From the NCBI GenBank assembly GCA_038886995.1, contig JAWALG010000001.1, positions 1-52,144 on the forward strand: a stretch of 52,144 nt of DNA, given 5' to 3'. This document shows positions 48,446 through 52,144 of this stretch, in pieces (position 1 is the stretch's first letter; every line of letters starts with the position of its first letter). The translations under genes were made by a program, and so were the position numbers. The notes beneath the pieces are model-generated. The model had not been told where the DNA came from and searched no databases. It saw only the letters and a program-made list of their open reading frames with translations. This DNA comes from Candidatus Iainarchaeum sp. (GTDB taxonomy: Archaea > Iainarchaeota > Iainarchaeia > Iainarchaeales > DTGL01).

Positions 48446-48594
48446 TTTCTTCCCCTATTATTATTTACCGGTTTATCCCAATACGGGCTTTTACACTTTG
48501 GGCACACGATTGGAATATCTTCGCTTCTTGTAATCCACTCATGCCCACATCTTTCACAACTACAACTATAGACCTTTATCTCTTTTATACCCAT
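48442..48594 (-). CDS. Unannotated 50-aa zinc-ribbon protein coupled to the methyltransferase
   Basis: MGIKEIKVYSCSCERCGHEWITRSEDIPIVCPKCKSPYWDKPVNNNRGRK*; its TGA overlaps the MTase ATG. Confidence 0.85.
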   Translation of the reverse strand: MGIKEIKVYSCSCERCGHEWITRSEDIPIVCPKCKSPYWDKPVNNNRGRK

Positions 48595-48791
48595 AATTAT
48601 CTTATGGAGGGGCATACTTTAAATATTTTACTACAGTCGTATCTTATAATCTAAAAAGCAACGTGGGTGTTTACTATTTAATTGTTGCTCGGGGGTTTTT
48701 CTCTGAGCAGGGCGCAGTAGCATTAAAAGATATGAAAGACGGGCATAGCGGAAAAAATATATAATAAAATGTGCTTAATTTTACGGGAAGT

Positions 48792-50063
48792 ATGGCTGCT
48801 GAACTTGGAAATGTGATTGTTGTAATAAACCAGATTGCAATAATACTTTTCTTAGGGGTAATCTGCAAAATATTGAACAAAAAAACAGGCATCCCATACA
48901 TAATTTTGCTTATTTTGGCCGGAACGATACTTGCTAGCATTTCTCTGATCGATATCTACCAGCTCGGCATAATACCAGATACCTTAAGAATGCTTGCAAT
49001 AGTGATAATTGTTTTTGCAAACGGCTTTTACCTTAAAGTAGAAAATATCCGAAAACAAGGCGCACTAATAATTGGATTGTCAACCGTTGGTGTAATAATA
49101 ACCGCAGGCATAATAGCCTCTGTTGTGCACTTAACGCTTGGGCTTGCTTTGTTACCAGCACTTTTTCTTGGCGCATTGCTTTGTGACATAGATCCTAGTG
49201 CTATTGATAGCTTCATTTGGAAATATCCAAAAAAGGCACAGGAGATCCTAAACGCTGAATCAATAATGAATGCACCTCTCACCATAATACTTCCGCTAAT
49301 GATATATGATTTTGCAGTTTATACTCCGCCCATAAACATTGCTTTGCCGCTATATTTGGCAAAGCTTGTGCTTCTAGCAGGAGTCGGTTTTTTGGTTGGG
49401 GTTATTGGCTTCTTCTTTGGACAAAAAGCCCTAAAGGCTTCTGGGTCGGATCTAGAGGAACTTGTGGGTCTTGCAATTGCGCTACTTGTTTTTATTTCTG
49501 CTGAGAACCTTGGCGGTTCTGGCATTGTCGCGGTTGGAATAACAAGCATACTTCTTAATTCTTCAAAGGCGCCAAAAAAGGAATTTTTTATGGAGTTCAA
49601 CAAGGATATCGCAACTTTATTCACAATTTTTGTTTTTGTGCTTCTTGGTGCAGAATTCCCAATAAAAATGCTTGGTATTCTCGAGATAACACACACTGAT
49701 TTTATCACAGTAATCGGCTTTATAATTATAGCCAGAATTGTTACGGCATTTGTTGTTTCTTACAAAAGCGACTTAAGTTTGTGGGATCGCCTTATCATAG
49801 GCATGAGTTCTCCTAAAGGCATTGGGCCTGCTGCTTTGGCGCCTTTAGCATTAATCATGGCCGACAAATCACTGTTCATGGACTATGCAAGCGCATATAC
49901 AATAATCAAGATAACATACATAACAATTATTCTTAGCATAATCCTTTCTATCGCAACTGCCCAGATTTATTCGATGATCCAAAAAAGATGCAAAGGAATT
50001 CAGGATTTAAAAATTCCAAAAGAGCCTGAAGCAAAAGATGGCCAACAGGGGAGAGGCGCTTAA
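48792..50063 (+). CDS. Cation:proton antiporter (CPA1/NhaP-like)
   Basis: About 12 TM; IPYIILLILAG, DIDP, LNAESIMN, FVFVLLG, PKGIGPAAL. Confidence 0.88.
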   Translation: MAAELGNVIVVINQIAIILFLGVICKILNKKTGIPYIILLILAGTILASISLIDIYQLGIIPDTLRMLAIVIIVFANGFYLKVENIRKQGALIIGLSTVGVIITAGIIASVVHLTLGLALLPALFLGALLCDIDPSAIDSFIWKYPKKAQEILNAESIMNAPLTIILPLMIYDFAVYTPPINIALPLYLAKLVLLAGVGFLVGVIGFFFGQKALKASGSDLEELVGLAIALLVFISAENLGGSGIVAVGITSILLNSSKAPKKEFFMEFNKDIATLFTIFVFVLLGAEFPIKMLGILEITHTDFITVIGFIIIARIVTAFVVSYKSDLSLWDRLIIGMSSPKGIGPAALAPLALIMADKSLFMDYASAYTIIKITYITIILSIILSIATAQIYSMIQKRCKGIQDLKIPKEPEAKDGQQGRGA

Positions 50064-50533
50064 AACCTTTTTTGCATTACGCTTGCTGGCAGCGTATTGG
50101 TTTTTCTTACTTCATCAAGGACTACAAGTGTTTTCATATCAAGAACGCCACTTATGGAACTGAGGCGCTCCACAAAATCCTTCACTGCTGAAAGGTCTGG
50201 AAGAACTGCCTTAACAAGGAGGTTATATTCTCCCAAAACCTGGTATATCTCAAGCACATGTTCGAAGGATTCTATGCGTTTGAGAACATCTTTTGTTTGT
50301 GCTAATTCAGTTCTGAGCTGTAGATAAACCGGCTTCTCGTAACCCAGAACACCATAGTTTATCTCCGCCCTTATTGCCTTTATGATGCCGCGCCTTTTTA
50401 GAGAATCAACTCTTTTTCTTATTGCAACATCTGTAAGCTGGGCCTCTTTTGCTATGGCCTTATAGCTCGTGCGACCGTCTTCCAAAAGCTTTTTTAATAT
50501 AAGAACCTCAATCCTGTCAAGAGACGCTATCAT
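50060..50533 (-). CDS. Lrp/AsnC family transcriptional regulator
   Basis: LD..ILKKLLEDGRTSY..IA..AIRKRV..L..GII, VLGEYNLL. Confidence 0.93.
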   Translation of the reverse strand: MIASLDRIEVLILKKLLEDGRTSYKAIAKEAQLTDVAIRKRVDSLKRRGIIKAIRAEINYGVLGYEKPVYLQLRTELAQTKDVLKRIESFEHVLEIYQVLGEYNLLVKAVLPDLSAVKDFVERLSSISGVLDMKTLVVLDEVRKTNTLPASVMQKRF

Positions 50534-51318
50534 TTCATCAAAACCTGCCTTTTTATGAGGTCAAACTTGAGCATATAGAAAAATGTCTTAAGGATTTCAA
50601 TGAAAGGCACCACAAAGATAAGGGTTATTGCAATTGAAATTATTTGCCCAACGATAAATTCGCTCGCAACAAATGAACCAAAAATGCCAGTAAGCGCAAT
50701 TGTGTCAAGAACAAATTCAATAAGGCCAACGAGAAGCAGCAATGCAGCCATTAAAAAGACAACCTTTAAAGAAATAACTGGGTTTTTTCTCACGAAAATG
50801 ACGCTCTCAGAAAGTGCCTTTTCAAGCGGCACTTCATCAATCACTATTGCCTGTGGCACAAACATGAAAAAAACCGAAAAGATAAAAACCAAGGCCAAAA
50901 AGGCCATTAGAAGGTTTAAGCTTATTGAAGACAAGATAAGTGCTGGAATAAAAACTAAAGCCAGGGTAATTGCATAAAAGCTAAATATATTAAAAGCGAA
51001 TTTTCTAACCATCTCTTTAAGGTAGAAATGCACCTTTACTTTGCTAAGGTCACGCCTTACTGCCAGGCAGATAAGGCCTATCAAAAAAGAGTAGAAAAAT
51101 AAGAAGACCAAAGCCAAAACAAAGATTGGTATTGATTGTGGGCTAAGCATGTAATCTATGAGAATCGTACCTGAAGAAAGCGTAACGCCTGTTTCGAAGA
51201 AGGGCACTCTGAAAAATGGCAATATAAATGCTGGCACAAAGACCAGCAGGAGTGCAAATAGAAGACATATTTTGAAATTGCTCTTGTACTCATCAATGGC
51301 CTTTGCAATTACATCCAT
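50530..51318 (-). CDS. Multi-pass membrane protein
   Basis: About 6 TM; FVPQAIVIDE..ALSES motif; coupled to the Lrp gene. Confidence 0.75.
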   Translation of the reverse strand: MDVIAKAIDEYKSNFKICLLFALLLVFVPAFILPFFRVPFFETGVTLSSGTILIDYMLSPQSIPIFVLALVFLFFYSFLIGLICLAVRRDLSKVKVHFYLKEMVRKFAFNIFSFYAITLALVFIPALILSSISLNLLMAFLALVFIFSVFFMFVPQAIVIDEVPLEKALSESVIFVRKNPVISLKVVFLMAALLLLVGLIEFVLDTIALTGIFGSFVASEFIVGQIISIAITLIFVVPFIEILKTFFYMLKFDLIKRQVLMK

Positions 51319-51377
51319 AGATGTATTTTAAAAGAAAAAGCTATTTAAACAAAACGCACCTAAAAAAATCAGTTAAT

Positions 51378-51989
51378 ATGATTGAGATTGTTACCGGACC
51401 TATGTTCAGCGGCAAATCTGAAGAGCTCATGAGGCGCATAAGGCGTCTACAGATTGCGGGCAGGAAAGTACAGGTTTTCTCACCAGAGATTGACTTCAGG
51501 GGTGGAAAAAATTGCATATACTCACATGATGACAGGCGAATAGAAGCCATACCAATAAACGATAGCTCTGAAATAATTGAGCACCTTGACAGGGATACAA
51601 AAGCAATTGGCATAGATGAAATACAATTTTTAGATGATGGGATAATTGATGTTGCAATTGGGTTGGCTGAAAAGGATATTGATGTTATACTTGCTTGCCT
51701 CAACCTTGACTTTCGTGGCGAACCATTCAGGTTTAGAAATTCTGAGAGGACTGTTGCTGAAATAATTGCCTTGAGCGAATCCGTAACAAAGCTGCATGCA
51801 ATATGCACTGAAAAAGTAAAAGTAAATGGCACTGAAAGCATCTGTGGAAAAAATGCGTACTTTACCCAGCGCTTGATAAATGGCAAACCAGCACCTTACA
51901 ACAGCCCACTTATAGTGGTTGGCAGCGAAGATTTGTATGTTGCTAGGTGCAGAAAACACCACAAGGTTCCTGGCAAGCCAAAAAAGTAG
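51378..51989 (+). CDS. tdk: Thymidine kinase
   Basis: GPMFSGKSEEL, IGIDEIQF, LDFRGEPF, C-terminal Zn/lasso YVARCRKH. Confidence 0.96.
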   Translation: MIEIVTGPMFSGKSEELMRRIRRLQIAGRKVQVFSPEIDFRGGKNCIYSHDDRRIEAIPINDSSEIIEHLDRDTKAIGIDEIQFLDDGIIDVAIGLAEKDIDVILACLNLDFRGEPFRFRNSERTVAEIIALSESVTKLHAICTEKVKVNGTESICGKNAYFTQRLINGKPAPYNSPLIVVGSEDLYVARCRKHHKVPGKPKK

Positions 51990-52144
51990 CCAAAGCGGTT
52001 TGAATTCCTAACTGAATATTAATAAATTAAAAACGCAGCCCAATCATTTTAATCTCCCAACACTGATTCTGTTCAGAGGAAAAGAACCCTGCAAAGCTTA
52101 ATGCAAGCATTGCAGCATAGATGTGGTAAGCATGCCTGCCCTTG

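Larger units (their letters stand above)
46790..48660. mobile_element. Probable horizontally acquired restriction-modification island
   Basis: Visibly AT-richer than flanking genes; self-contained three-gene module; no integrase or att site seen. Confidence 0.5.

Noticed and set aside
51990-52144. Partial gene at the window end
   Set aside because: Too short to fix the frame or product.

Overview
Archaeal chromosome segment. Its archaeal LonB, PheST, RFC-L, Orc1/Cdc6, Cdc48, TopA and GGTGA/GAGG ribosome-binding sites, its compact gene packing and its many small pilins suggest a DPANN lineage, possibly Diapherotrites/Iainarchaeota (inference). About half of the window encodes two distinct type IV pilus/Tad-like machines plus about 20 pilin-like genes. 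System 1 (10.4-22.2 kb) has a PilB/TadA-type ATPase, a fused TadC-like platform, two coiled-coil proteins, apparently leaderless pilin-like proteins and a vWA-PKD-zinc metalloprotease. System 2 (33.6-43.5 kb) has an ATPase, two TadC-like proteins, a four-gene minor-pilin cassette, a 725-aa Ig-repeat pilin, and KaiC-like and Lrp-like regulators. A second copy of the minor-pilin cassette and a stand-alone probable major pilin lie between the two systems. The most unusual signal is a strong enrichment of the tripeptide D-x-N in predicted extracellular proteins, mostly without the Ser/Thr of a canonical sequon; it is nearly absent from the cytoplasmic proteins checked. Also present: an AT-rich restriction-modification island with an unannotated zinc-ribbon gene coupled to the methyltransferase, several small ORFs missed by the ORF track (one without a canonical start codon), a candidate structured sRNA, a DUF2207-like gene split by a single TAG and a 5'-truncated anion permease. 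No rRNA, tRNA, CRISPR array or transposase was recognised. All family calls come from motifs read by eye, not from database searches.
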